Assembly (NCBI GenBank): GCA_002269645.1
Contig: NIVC01000106.1
Span: 806,001 to 870,000, forward strand
DNA length: 64,000 bases
Source of the DNA: Macrostomum lignano
Lineage: Eukaryota
Direction: 5' to 3'
In this document: piece by piece, positions 1-12,949 of the stretch
How the letters are laid out: every line of letters starts with the position of its first letter
Position numbering within the stretch: the first letter of the stretch is position 1
Notes under the pieces: model-generated
Told to the model about the DNA's origin: nothing
What the model saw: the letters and a program-made list of their open reading frames with translations, nothing else
Databases searched by the model: none
Program-made: the position numbers and the translations under genes

Positions 1-918
1 ACCAGTGTTATCCAGTGTGACCAGTGTTATTCAGTGTGACCAGTGTTATCCAGTGTGACCAGTGTTATCCAGTGTGACCAGTGTTATCCAGTGTGACCAG
101 TGTTATCCAGTGTGACCAGTGTTATCCAGTGTGACCAGTGTTATCCAGTGTGACCAGTGTTATCCAGTGTGACCAGTGTTATCCAGTGTGACCAGTGTTA
201 TCCAGTGTGACCAGTGTTATCCAGTGTGACCAGTGTTATCCAGTGTGACCAGTGTTATCCAGTGTGACCAGTGTTATCCAGTGTGACCAGTGTTATCCAG
301 TGTGACCAGTGTTATCCAGTGTGACCAGTGTTATCCAGTGTGACCAGTGTTATCCAGTGTGAGCAGTGTTATCCAGTGTGACCAGGGTGATTCAGCGTGA
401 CCAGGGTGACTCAGTGTGACCAGGGTGATTCAGTGTGACCAAGCTGATTTAGTGTGACCAGAGTGATTCAGTGTGACCAGGATTATTCAGTGTGACCAGG
501 GTGATTCAGTGTGATCAGAGTGATCCAGTGTTACCAGGGTGATTCAGTGTGACCAGGGTGATTCAGTGTGACCATGATTATTCAGTGTGACCAGGGTGAT
601 CCAGTGTGACCAGGGTGATTCAGTGTGACCAAGCTGATTTAGTGTGACCAGAGTGATTCAGCGTGACCAGGGTGACTCAGTATGACCAGAGTGATTCAGT
701 GTGACCAGAGTGATTCAGCGTGACCAAGCTGATTTAGTGTGACCAGAGTGATTCAGCGTGACCAGGGTGACTCAGTATGACCAGGGTGACTCAGTATGAC
801 CAGAGTGATTCAGTGTGACCAGGGTGACTCAGTATGACCAGAGTGATTCAGTGTGACCAGAGTGATTCAGTGTGACCAGGGTGATTCAATATGACCAGGG
901 TGATTCAATATGACCAGT
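1..918. repeat. 19-bp minisatellite (accagtgttatccagtgtg), degenerate beyond ~380
   Basis: Near-perfect 19-nt units from base 1, changing to accagggtgattcagtgtg variants. Lies in the intron downstream of lectin D exon 953-1213. Confidence 0.95.
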
Positions 919-952
919 GTGCTTCACATTCAGTTGATTACACCAATCTCAC

Positions 953-1213
953 CTATGCTCACTTGAGTAAACTTCTCCGAACCGTAGTCGATTCGATTCC
1001 AGACTCTGGCACCGACAACCATAAATTCGTCCTTCATGTCAACCAGCCACCAGGGTCCCCGATCACTATTAGACGATTCGACGCATCTTTCTCCATATTT
1101 TATCACGCCATCGCGATTGCCATCGTTTCCAAAGATTGGCAAATTTTTAGCGTCAATTGTTGAAGACATTTTGGCCGACAGGTTTTTTGGGACAATGAAT
1201 TGTTCCGCTCGTC
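953..1213 (-). CDS. Internal exon (phase 1-1, 261 nt) of F-type lectin paralog D
   Basis: tttttag acceptor at 1215-1214 and GTGAG donor at 952. Open frame GRAEQFIVPKNLSAKMSST...GNDGN...CVESSNSDRGPWWLVDM...VWNRIDYGSEKFTQVSIG aligns with exon 2 of paralogs A-C. Downstream exons would lie left of the window; exon 1 is not securely found. Confidence 0.85.
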
Positions 1214-1280
1214 CTAAAAATTAGGGCATTGTTTTAGATATTTTATTCAGTGTGACTTGGCGTGTGTAATTGTATCTTAG

Positions 1281-4200
1281 TGTGTCTCGTTATCTCTGTT
1301 TGTCTTCATGTGTCTGGTGTATCTGTTTGTCTTCGGTTGTCTCGGTGTGTCTGTTTGTCTTCGTGTGTCTCGGTGTGTCTGTTTGTCTTCGTGTGTCTGA
1401 TGTGTCTGTTTGTCTTCGTGTGTCTCGGTGTGTCTGTTTCTCTTCGTGTGTCTGATGTGTCTGTTTGTCTTCGTGTGTCTCGGTGTGTCTGTTTCTCTTC
1501 GTGTGTCTGATGTGTCTGTTTGTCTTCGTGTGTCTCGGTGTGCCTGTTTGTCTTCGTGTGCCTGATGTGTCTGTTTGTCTTCGTGTGTCTCGGTGTGTCT
1601 GTTTATCTTCGTGTGTCTCGGTGTGCCTGTTTGTCTTCGTGTGCCTGATGTGTCTGTTTGTCTTCGTGTGTCTCGGTGTGTCTGTTTATCTTCGTGTGTC
1701 TCGGTGTGTCTGTTTGTCTTCGTGTGTCTGATGTGTCTGTTTTTCCTCGTGTGTCTCGGTGTGTCTGTTTATCTTCGCGTGTCTGATGTGTCTGTTTGTC
1801 TTCGTGTGTCTCGGTGTGTCTGTTTTTCCTCGTGTGTCTCGGTGTGTCTGTGTGTCTTCGTGTGTCTCGGTGTGTCTGTTTGTCTTCGTGTGTCTGATGT
1901 GTCTGTTTTTCCTCGTGTGTCTCGGTGTGTCTGTTTATCTTCGCGTGTCTGATGTGTCTGTTTGTCTTCGTGTGTCTCGGTGTGTATGTTTATCTTCGTG
2001 TGTCTGATGTGTCTGTTTTTCCTCGTGTGTCTCGGTGTGTCTGTTTGTTTTCGTGTGTCTGATGTGTCTGTTTGTCTTCGTGTGTCTCGGTGTGTCTGTT
2101 TGTCTTCGTGTGTCTCGTTGTCTCTGTTTGTCTTCGTGTGTCTCGGTGTGCATGTTTGTATTCGTGTGTCTGATGTGTCTGTTTGTCTTCGTGTGTCTGA
2201 TGTGTCTGTTTGTCTTCGTGTGCCTGATGTGTCTGTTTGTCTTCGTGTGTCTGATGTGTCTGTTTGTCTTCGTGTGTCTCGATGTGTCTGTTTGTCTTCG
2301 TGTGTCTCGGTGTGTCTGTTTGTCTCCGTGTGTCTGATGTCTCTGTTTGTCTTCGGTTGTCTCGGTGTGTCTGTTTGTCTTCGTGTGTCTGATGTGTCTG
2401 TTTGTCTTCGTGTGTCTCGATGTGTCTGTTTGTCTTCGTGTGTCTGATGTGTTTGTTTTTCCTCGTGTGTCTCGGTGTGTCTGTTTGTCTTCGTGTGTCT
2501 GATGTGTCTTTTTGTCTTCGTGTGTCTCGGTGTGTCTGTTTGTCTTCGTGTGTCTCGGTGTGTCTGTTTATCTTCGTGTGTCTCGATGTGTCTGTTTGTC
2601 TTCGTGTGTCTTGATGTGTCTGTTTGTCTTAGTGTGTCTGATGTCTCTGTTTGTCTTCGTGTGTCTCGGTGTGTCTGTTTGTCTTCGTGTGTCTGATGTG
2701 TCTGTTTGTCTTAGTGTGTCTGATGTCTCTGTTTGTCTTCGTGTGTCTCGGTGTGTCTGTTTGTCTTCGTGTGTCTCGGTGTGTATGTTTATCTTCGTGT
2801 GTCTGATGTGTCTGTTTGTCTTCGTGTAAATGTTTGCCTTGGTATGTCTGAATTTGTCTGGTTGTCTCGGTGTCTCTGGATGTGTCTGGTTGTCCTAATG
2901 TGTCTTGTTGTCTTGGTATGTCTGTTTGTGTCTGGTTGTCTCTATGTGTCTGGTTGTCTCTATGTGTCTGGTTGTCTCTATGTGCCTGGTTGTCTCTATG
3001 TGTCTGGTTGTCTCTATGTGTCTGGTTGTCTTCGGTTGTCTCGGTGTGTCTGTTTGTCTTCGTGTGTCTGATGTGTCTGTTTGTCTTCGTGTGTCTCGGT
3101 GTGTCTGTTTGTCTTCGTGTGTCTCGATGTGTCTGTTTGTCTTCGTGTGTCTCGGTGTGTCTGTTTGTCTTCGTGTGTCTGATTTGTCTGTTTGTCTTCG
3201 TGTGTCTCGGTGTGTCTGATTGTCTTCGTGTGTCTGATGTGTCTGTTTGTCTTCGTGTGTCTCGGTGTGTCTGTTTGTCTTCGTGTGTCTCGGTGTGTCT
3301 GTTTGTCTTCGTGTGTCTGATGTGTCTGTTTGTCTTCGTGTGTCTCGATGTGTCTGTTTGTCTTCGTGTGTCTCGGTGTGCCTGTTTGTCTTCGTGTGTC
3401 TCGGTGTGTCTGTTTGTCTTCGTGTGTCTGATGTGTCTGTTTGTCTTCGTGTGTCTGATGTGTCTGTTTGTCTTCGTGTGTCTCGATGTGTCTGTTTGTC
3501 TTCGTGTGTCTGATGTGTCTTTTTGTCTTCGTGTGTCTGATGTGTCTGTTTTTCCTCGTGTGTCTCGGTGTGTCTGTTTGTCTTCGTGTGTCTGATGTGT
3601 CTGTTTATCTTCGTGTGTCTCGGTGTGTATGTTTGTCTTCGTGTGTCTGATGTGTCTGTTTGTCTTCGGTTGTCTCGGTGTGTCTGTTTGTCTTCGTGTG
3701 TCTGATTTGTCTGTTTGTCTTCGGTTGTCTCGGTGTGTCTGTTTGTCTTCGTGTGTCTGATGTGTCTGTTTGTCTTCGTGTGTCTCGATGTGTCTGTTTG
3801 TCTTCGTGTGTCTGATGTGTCTGTTTTTCCTCGTGTGTCTCGGTGTGTCTGTTTGTCTTCGTGTGTCTCGATGTGTCTTTTTGTCTTCGTGTGTCTCGGT
3901 GTGTCTGTTTGTCTTCGTGTGTCTCGGTGTGTCTGTTTGTCTTCGTGTGTCTCGGTGTGTCTGGTTATCTTCGTGTGTCTCGATGTGTCTGTTTGTCTTC
4001 GTGTGTCTGATGTGTCTGTTTGTCTTAGTGTGTCTGATGTCTCTGTTTGTCTTCGTGTGTCTCGGTGTGTCTGTTTGTCTTCGTGTGTCTCGGTGTGTCT
4101 GTTTGTCTTCGTGTGTCTGATGTGTCTGTTTGTCTTCGTGTGTCTCGATGTGTCTGTTTGTCTTCGTGTGTCTGATGTGTCTGTTTTTCCTCGTGTGTCT

Positions 4201-4850
4201 CGGTGTGTCTGGTTATCTTCGTGTGTCTCGATGTGTCTGTTTGTCTTCGTGTGTCTGATGTGTCTGTTTGTCTTAGTGTGTCTGATGTCTCTGTTTGTCT
4301 TCGTGTGTCTCGGTGTGTCTGTTTGTCTTCGTGTGTCTCGGTGTGTCTGTTTGTCTTCGTGTGTCTGATGTCTCTGTTTGTCTTCGTGTGTCTGATGTCT
4401 CTGTTTGTCCTCGTGTGTCTCGGTGTGTATGTTTATCTTCGTGTGTCAGATGTGTCTTTTTGTCTTCGTGTGTCTCGGTGTGTCTGTTTATCTTCGTGTG
4501 TCTGATGTGTCTGTTTGTCTTCGTGTGTCTGATGTCTCTGTTTGTCTTCGTGTGTCTGATGTGTCTGTTTGTCTTCGTGTAAATGTTTGCCTTGGTGTGT
4601 CTGAATTTGTCTGGTTGTCTCGGTGTGTCTGGATGTGTCTGGTTGTCTCTATGTGCCTGGTTGTCTCTATGTGTCTGGTTGTCTCTATGTGTCTGGTTGT
4701 CTCTATGTGCCTGGTTGTCTCTATGTGTCTGGATGTGTCTAGTTGTTTCGGTGTGTCTGGATGTGTCTAGTTGTCTCGGTGTGTCTGGTGTGTCTTGGTT
4801 GCTTTGGTGTATCTGAATGTACACCTGGCTGTGTGTATATGGATGTGTCT
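1281..4850. repeat. TG/TC-rich 27-28-bp minisatellite with embedded 18-bp sub-arrays
   Basis: Units gtgtctgtttgtcttcgtgtgtctcggt / ...gtctgat. All C/V/S/L-rich ORFs here are repeat translations. Confidence 0.95.
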
Positions 4851-5600
4851 GAGTCTGAGTTTGTTTTGGCGCGTCCATTGTGGCTGGATGGGCATCTTGG
4901 TGTGCCCGGGTATGTAGGTTATCAGTGTTCCTGTACCAGCCTTTATAGCTAGCCTGTTTTAAGTCTTCTTCTATGCATAAGAGAATCAAATTGAATCTTT
5001 TTACAGCTTTTATACAGCTGTCCATAGTCTTAGTCGTTTATCAAGAGTGTGTACCGGTATAGTGATTGAGTTGATGCTCACCAAACGGCAATATGGCGGT
5101 AATTGCAAGGCAGAGCAAAGCAAATTGTTGTAGATACATTTGCCTCTAGTAGGAGTTCCGTATTGCTGCGCTTTTTCCTTCAGACAGGAGGAATCTCGAA
5201 AAGTATCAAAACAACTACTAGTATTAAGCACTTGCATAGGCTTTATATGCCGATATTTGAATCGTATTTATACACGAAAACAGGCAACGAGAAACAATTC
5301 GCCTAAGCAGTGCCAATCTCGCCTGATGCAAACCAACCAGACAATGAAATGGCCATGCGGTGCTTTCCCACATCCATCAGACCACCACCAGAGAGGCTGG
5401 CTTTGAGAACAATGGAAATCTTTATTTCTAAACTGATTGACTTGAAAAACTTAATTGTCTAGGATGTTAAAAGCGTTCAGCAGTTTTTGATTGTCTGCTT
5501 CATGAACTGAAAGCTTTACATGTTCCATCTTCACCTACCATTGATTTGCAACTGCTTTACAATGCTATCTCTCTGTCTATATTTGCCTCAATATGTCTGA

Positions 5601-5915
<315 letters not shown>

Positions 5916-6529
5916 TAAATTTTAAACTCATCGGTGGAATGTCAGATGTCAAGGCTCATTGGGGGAATCGCTTAGATGTCATGGCTTACTGAGGGAATTG
6001 CTGAGATGTCAAGGCTTACTGAGGGAATTGCTGAGATGTCAAGGCCATATGGGGGATGGCTGAATTGTTGGGCGGTTATTGTGCGATTGTCAGATAGCCA
6101 AGTAGTAGGGCTCAAGTAGCTCATTTAATTCACATAATGAAAGAGTACACGTAAGTGATGCTGATTTCTGCTAAAAGAAAATACCTGCGTATTTATTAAA
6201 GGTTTTATTCTTTGAGCTAGGCGAATAAAGAGGGGTCTAAGGCCGTCAGGGATTGGCAGAATGAGCTCCTCCTGCGGACCAGAATAAACCTAGGCCAATG
6301 ACGATACGCACTAAGAGTTTTTGCTTGAAAAGATGAGCACAATTTGCTAATTGAGAAAGGGAAAGAAAAAGGAGAAAGGGTAGACAAGCGCTGAACTGCT
6401 AAAAAGCCACCCGGAGGGGGGTTAAATGGCTAGTCTAATCTTCTAATCTTCTAATCTAAATATACTAAATCCAAATATACTAAATCTCTAAGATCTGTCT
6501 GTCCGTCCACCTATACTAAATCTCTAAGA

Positions 6530-6575
<46 letters not shown>

Positions 6576-7334
6576 CATCTGAAACGCTTTAGAGATTGCA
6601 ATTCTTGACCAATTTTGATCGCTTTTTCGCCAAAAGATTTGTAATTATCTGGAAAGAAGACAGTTAAAATTTCTTGTATCTGCTTCAATGCAAAAGGGAT
6701 TCAATATTCGAAAAACATGCTTTTTTGCAAAGGTCAAGCAGCTCTTTCGACTTGAAATGCATTGTAAGAATGCTAGAGAAAAAACTGACTGGCTGAATTC
6801 TGATCCTGATAAAGATTGTTGCATCACAACAAGTTGAAAACACTGTGCCAAGTTAAAAGACAGAAATTTTGTAACCATATTGCTAACTTTAATTGAGACT
6901 GATGCTGACTGCTTGAGTATTTGATTATGTCATAGCTGCTTCGTGTGACTTTCACTGAAAGAGAATTTGTGTTAGTACTCGTGTAACGTTCTAGAGATCG
7001 AACCGATTGACCAATTTTAATCGCGTTTTCGCCAAAAGATTTGTAATTATCTGGAAAGAAGACAGTTAAAATTTCTGCAATCGGCTTTAATTCGAAAGGT
7101 ATTAAATATTCGAAAAACGAGTTTTCCCTATGCTTTTAATGGGAGGGCAAACTAGGTTGAATTCTTGACTGGCTGAATTCCAATTCCAATTATGATTGCG
7201 CCATAACTTTTCTCTCTCCACTGTGTAAGCTTCAATACTGGCTGCAGTGTGCAAGGAGAAAAAATGCTTAGTGACCCTGGCTCTGACTATAATTGCTATT
7301 TATAGATTTCACTCAATCAACTGTGCATTGGCTC

Positions 7335-8685
7335 CGCCTGTACGCCTACACACTGAGCAGCCTATCACTGCTATGTATTTTAACTGCAGTTCTGAAGCAT
7401 ATATGGCTGATTTTGTTGTCCTCCCATCAATAGGCGGAGTAGCCGCACTGTAGGCACTTAGGACTAGGTTTAGGCTAGGCGTAAGGTCCAAGGTTCGAGT
7501 CTGCCTCCCCGGCGGATAATTAAAATTAAGATAATTCAATAATTTATAGCTTATGCCTCGACTAATTGGAACATTTTTTGATTAATTACAATTGAAACAT
7601 CATTTATTAATTCGCAATTCATTTTTTGCTGCTCGGCACAAGCCACTAATCAAATTTGATTTGTTAAAACTGCTTCGAGTATAACTGATCCCATCAATGG
7701 GTATTGTCTAGCTCCATAAAAGTACGAAATTACTAAACTGCAGACAATGCTGCTAAATTGCTTAAAGGTATTGCTAAATGCTGAGCTTTTCAAGACTGCC
7801 GATATGTATCGAAAATGGATTAGTGAGCCGTAGAATGCTGAGCAAATTGCAGTTTTCTGAGGGGTCTGAGGTGCCGGCCAGAGAAGAACTGCAGATTGTG
7901 AATTAGTTCCTCCAGACTTAAATCTAATTTATAGATTTTACTTAACTTCGCATTGACTCTGCCTGCATACAACCCGTGCACTAAGCAGCCTATCACTGCT
8001 GTGTATTTGACTGCAGTACCAAAGCATATATGGCTGATTTTGTCGCCCTCCGATCAATAGGCGGAGTAGCCGCACTGTAGGCACTAGGACCAGTTTTAGG
8101 ATAGGCGTAAGGTCCCAGGTTAGAGTCTGCCTCGCAGCGGACAATTAAAATTGAACTAATTATTTCATTTTAGCTTGTGCTTCGACTAATTGGAACTTTT
8201 ATGCTTAATTAACAAGGCACACTAAATGAACTACATGTATTTTTGCTATTTAGCACAAGTCTCTAAGCAAAGTTGATTTGTAAAAACTGCTTCGAGTACA
8301 TTTATTACGGGCGTACTGATCCCATCAATGGGTATATGGCATAGTACCATGAAAGTATGAAATTGCTAAACTCCAGACGATTCTGAAAAAACTGCTGACG
8401 GTATTGCAAAATGCTGAGTTTTGCAAGACTGCCGATATGTATCGAAAATTTATTAGTGAGCCGTAAAATTCTGAGCAAATTGCAGTTTCCTGAGGAGACT
8501 GGGGAGCCGGCCGAGAGGAGAACTGCAGGCTGCTGAGAGGGTGAATGAAAATTGTTAATTGAACAGTTGCAGACTGCAAATGGGATGACTGCAGACTGCT
8601 GAGGGGAACTGCAGACTGTCGAAGGGATCATTGCAGATTGCAAAGGGGAAACAACTGCAAACTGCTGAGGTAGTTCCTCCAGACG
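7335..8685 (+). repeat. Tandem duplication (~635-bp period) of a module carrying a tRNA-like A/B-box segment
   Basis: 7335-7915 aligns with 7970-8685 (e.g. gcagcctatcactgct, catatatggctgattttgt, aataggcggagtagccgcactgtaggcact). B-box-like GGTTCGAGTC near 7493. Confidence 0.75.
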
Positions 8686-9496
8686 TATGAGCGTATAGCT
8701 GTAGACTGCTGAGAGGGGAAACTGCGGACTAATTGGGAGATAATGGCAGACTTCTGAGGCTTATAACTAACTATTGAGTTTTGAGTGGATATTAACTGTG
8801 GAAGATTAAGTACAAGTTGTTTAGGGGATTTCTGCGGCTGCTAAGTGAAATATTTTTGGCTAAGGGGACAATTCTATGCCGCTGAGGGTATGCATTCTTA
8901 ATTTTAATAAAAGTTTTAAAATGCAAAGTGGATGATAAATGCCGGCTGCTAAGAAATAACTGCAGCCTTTTTGCAAGATTTGATGAAGGGATAATTTCAG
9001 GTTATTGTGGGGATAAATGCCGATTTCTGGGGGTTAACTTCAAACGGCTGAAGTTGCTAAACTAGATTATTTCGACCACATGTCAATAGGCACAACAGCC
9101 GCAGTAGGCAGGCAGTATCCGGCATAAGCTAAGCAGAATGCTTTGATGTCAGCAGTTCGAGCCTGCATTGAAGCAGCGAATTTATCTTTGTGACCTGTGA
9201 CAATAATGATTGTATCCTATGCAGATTCATGGAGATGTTAAACACTTAAATTTAAAGATACTTTTGCTGGGGGGGGCTGCGTTAGTCTTCTAGAGCAGTG
9301 CTAATCTGCTGTAAGTGCTAATTTGCAAAGAGTCTAATCTAAGGGGCTAATCTGACGTACAATGAAGTAATAAATATGTAAGAGGATTGCAAATCAAATT
9401 TAAACTGCAAGTGGCAAACATTTCAAATGGTTTCGATTATTGAGAAGCATATGGAGATCAGTGGCCATCTGCTCCCAGATTTTGCGGAACAGTGCC

Positions 9497-10170
9497 GGTG
9501 AACCATTGCTAAACTGCTGGTGAAGCATTGCTGAACTGCTGGTGAACCATTGCTGAACTGCTGGTGAAGCATTGCTGAACTGCTGGTGAAGCATTGCTGA
9601 ACTGCTGGTGAAGCATTGCTGAACTGCTGGTGAAGCATTGCTAAACTGCTGGTGAAGCATTGCTGAACTGCTGGTGAAGCATTGCTGAACTGCTGGTGAA
9701 GCATTGCTGAACTGCTGGTGAAGCATTGCTGAACTGCTGGTGAAGCATTGCTGAACTGCTGGTGAAGCATTGCTGAACTGCTGGTGAACCATTGCTGAAC
9801 TGCTGGTGAAGCATTGCTGAACTGCTGGTGAAGCATTGCTGAACTGCTGGTGAAGCATTGCTGAACTGCTGGTGAAGCATTGCTAAACTGCTGGTGAAGC
9901 ATTGCTGAACTGCTGGTGAACCATTGCTGAACTGCTGGTGAAGCATTGCTGAACTGCTGGTGAAGCATTGCTGAACTGCTGGTGAAGCATTGCTGAACTG
10001 CTGGTGAACCATTGCTGAACTGCTGGTGAAGCATTGCTGAACTGCTGGTGAAGCATTGCTGAACTGCTGGTGAAGCATTGCTGAACTGCTGGTGAAGCAT
10101 TGCTGAACTGCTGGTGAAGCATTGCTAAACTGCTGGTGAAGCATTGCTGAACTGCTGGTGAAGCATTGCT
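9497..10170. repeat. 22-bp minisatellite (ggtgaagcattgctgaactgct), about 30 units
   Basis: Direct reading. Explains the MLHQQFSNASPAV... pseudo-ORFs. Confidence 0.97.
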
Positions 10171-10299
10171 TAAGTTGTGGTGAAATATTGTATTTTTTTA
10201 AATAAATGCTTCTTTTAAAGAGAAGAAAGCGCAATGCAAGAAAAAGCAAAAAAAGAATCACCATGTCAATCATAAAAGAGGCGCACTGTCGAACATAAA

Positions 10300-11800
10300 A
10301 GACTCATTGGGAATTTTTAAGACTGCTATGACTATTGCTACGAGCGTAAGGCTGGTATGGGAAATTGCTGTGATATCAAGACTCATGGGAGAATTTCTAA
10401 GATCTCAAGGCTCAGGGAATTGCTACAATGATGTGATTCTGGGGAAAATTGCTTTGATTTGAAGGTTTATTTGGGAAATTGCTGAGGTATCAAGGCTTAG
10501 TAACAATGCTTTGCGGTCAAGGCTCATGGAGATAATTACTGGAATGCTGTGGCTGTTGGGGGAATTGCCGACATTGTTAGGGTAAGAGTAAGGCGTAAAC
10601 CGTAAATGAATTGGCCTGTCAAACATAAAAAACTCATCGAGGAATGTCAAAGCTCATGGGGGGTATCTGAATTATACTGTAGCTCAATGCTCAGGGGGAA
10701 TTGTTGTGATTGCAACACTTAGGATTATTTGGGAACTTTTGTGGCTAAAAATGAGTTGCTGAGATATCAAGGCTCATTGGGGAATCGCTGAGATGTCAAA
10801 GCTTACGGGGGATCCCTGTAATGCTGTGGGCTGTGACTCTTGGGTATTGCTAAGATGCCAAGGTTCACAGGGGAATGGCTGAGATTTCAAAGGCTCCTAA
10901 AGGGAATAGCTGAAATTCACGAAATGTCAAGGTTCATTGGGTAATTGTTGAAATGCTGTGGTTCATAGTGGGAAAAGCTGAAATGCTGTGACTTGGCAGG
11001 GTTAGGGTTCAATCATCGTTTCGTGTGAAAGTGCCAAGATATCAAAAGGTTAGTCCCTCAATTTTCTGGCTCATGGGAAATTGCTAAGATTTCAAAAGCT
11101 CATTGGGGAATTTCTGAAATTCTTGGGCTGAGAGGGAGTTGCTGAAATGCTGTGACTCGGCTGCAGGTAAAGGGTTATGGTTTGGGTTCAATTATAGAGC
11201 GATCGTCGTGTCAATCATAAATGATTCATCAAGGAATTGCTAAGATTAAAGTCTTGGGGCGAATTACTTAAATGCTTTGGCTCTTCGATAATTGCTGACA
11301 GGTCAAGGCTTTCGGTGAAATTTAGATTTCAAAGCTTATGAGGAAGTTACTTTAATGCTGAGGTTCAAGGCTCATGAGGGGGAATAGCTAACATGCCTAG
11401 ACTCACTTATGGGTTAGGGCTAGGGGCTTAGGGTCAGTTTTGGTTCAATCATAGATTAACCGCTGTCAACCATCAATTAAAGAGTTGCTAAGATGAGAAT
11501 TGCTATATTGCTTGATATCGTAAGATATCAAGGCTCATGTGCGGAATCGCTGAGTTGACAAGGATCATGAAGAAATTGCTGAGATATCAAGGCTCATAAA
11601 GGTATTGCTGAATTCTTGGGGAGGGGAGTTGGGTTGTTGAGATGTCAAGGCTTACTGGGCTGGGAGAATTGCGGAGATGTCAAGGCTCGAGTTTAATTGC
11701 TGCGATGTCGATCTTAATGAGGGAATTTCTGAGATTTCAAGGCCTACTGGGTAATTGCTGAGATATCAAGGCTCATGGGGGATGGCTGAATTGTTGGGGG
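10300..11800. repeat. Degenerate ~30-bp repeat (ggggaattgctgagatgtcaaggctcat), also at 5930-6060, 14450-14900 and 16135-16270
   Basis: Recurring gaattgctgagat(g/a)tcaaggct core. Confidence 0.8.
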
Positions 11801-12949
11801 AAGGGGGTTAGGTTGTTGAGCGATTGTCAGATCGTCAAGTAGGACGGCTCAAGTAGCTCATTTAATTCAGATAATGAGTGATGCAAACACACAAGTGATG
11901 CTGATTTTTGCTAATAGGAAATATCAGCGTATTTATTAAAGGTTTGGTTCTCCGAGTTAGGCTAATAAAGAGGGGTCTAACTCTAAGGCCGTCAGGGATT
12001 TACACATTGAGCTCCTGCTGCGGACCAGAATATGCCCAGGCCAATGACGATATGCACTAAGAGTTTGATTGAGAAAGGGTTTTAGGCTGATGTCGGAAAC
12101 TTTTTTGGCTGGTGAAAGTTTTGATTCATGGCAATTTATCTTTGCCAAAAATCAGAAAAAGTAATTTTTGATCAATGGAAATCAACATTTTGGATAATTA
12201 GTAAGGTTATATACTCTTGGGCCAAAATAAAAACCACTTTCATTTTAAATGCTGGGGTGTCATTTTTAAGGCCACCCAGCGGGGGGCTAAATGGCTAGTC
12301 TAAATATACTAAATCTTTAAGGTTTTTATGATTGTTAGTCTGTTTTTTTGTTTGTCTGTCTGTCTGTAACACTCTAGAGATTGAACCGATTGACCAATTT
12401 TGATCGCGTTTTCGCCAAACGATTTTTAATTATCTGGAAAGAAGACAGTCAAAATTTCTTGTATCTGCTTCAAAGCTAAAGGTATTAAATATTCAAAAAG
12501 CGAGTTTTCATAATGCTTTTAATGGGAAGCCAAACAAGGTTGAATTCTTGACTGGCTGAATTTCAATTTCAATTCCAATAATGATTGCATCATAACTGGG
12601 TACTGAATATTCTCGTTATAAACTGACTAAACTGAAGGCAGTGTGCCAAGCATTGCGCATGCACTCTGGAGCGAGAGAAATCAGCCAGTGCATTTTAAAA
12701 GTATTTTAACTATTGATGGTGTACAATATTGTATTTTGTAAATTTATAGTCCTTACATCTGTCTATAATTTTCGCTATATGGAACGAAAGCATTTCGCTC
12801 TACAGACTGAATGCCTGAAGGGCCATTGGAGGGGCAGAGTGCAGTGCTGGCTGGGTGCAAAGGTGAGAAAAATAATCAGTGGTCGCGTGAATACATTCAG
12901 GTCATGTGAACCTGTCTGACTGGTAGTGACTCAGCTAACTAATTAATAT

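Larger units (their letters stand above)
6434..12298 (+). mobile_element. Probable non-autonomous Helitron-like (HINE/Lep1-style) unit in a head-to-tail array
   Basis: Starts TC...AAATATACTAAAT followed by (TCTG)n. Ends with a GC-rich gccacccagcgggggg motif plus CTAG at 12295-12298. The same CTAG|TC junction occurs at 6430-6435 and 12295-12300. The head module recurs at 6580-6720, 6990-7200 and 12370-12580, and the tail module at 5990-6330 and 11750-12070. Confidence 0.5.

Noticed and set aside
1262-4816. Many long Cys/Val/Ser/Leu-rich ORFs (also at 5546-5992, 9400-10273, 18229-18715, 19019-19786, 27037-28095, 43320-44274, 47483-48414, 55014-56515, 58180-59345, 59771-60247, 61050-61445)
   Set aside because: They are translations of stop-free tandem repeats, open in several frames at once. 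Several lie inside introns of well-supported genes.
4935-5025. Possible exon 1 of lectin D (MDSCIKAVKRFNLILLCIEE...)
   Set aside because: FNLILL resembles the A/B leaders, but the acidic continuation is not a signal peptide and the donor is weak. Left unannotated.
5080-5330. Possible RT relic, sharing atatggcggtaattgc..ggcagag with ~22765
   Set aside because: Only a short shared word and vague motifs. Not enough for a call without a search.
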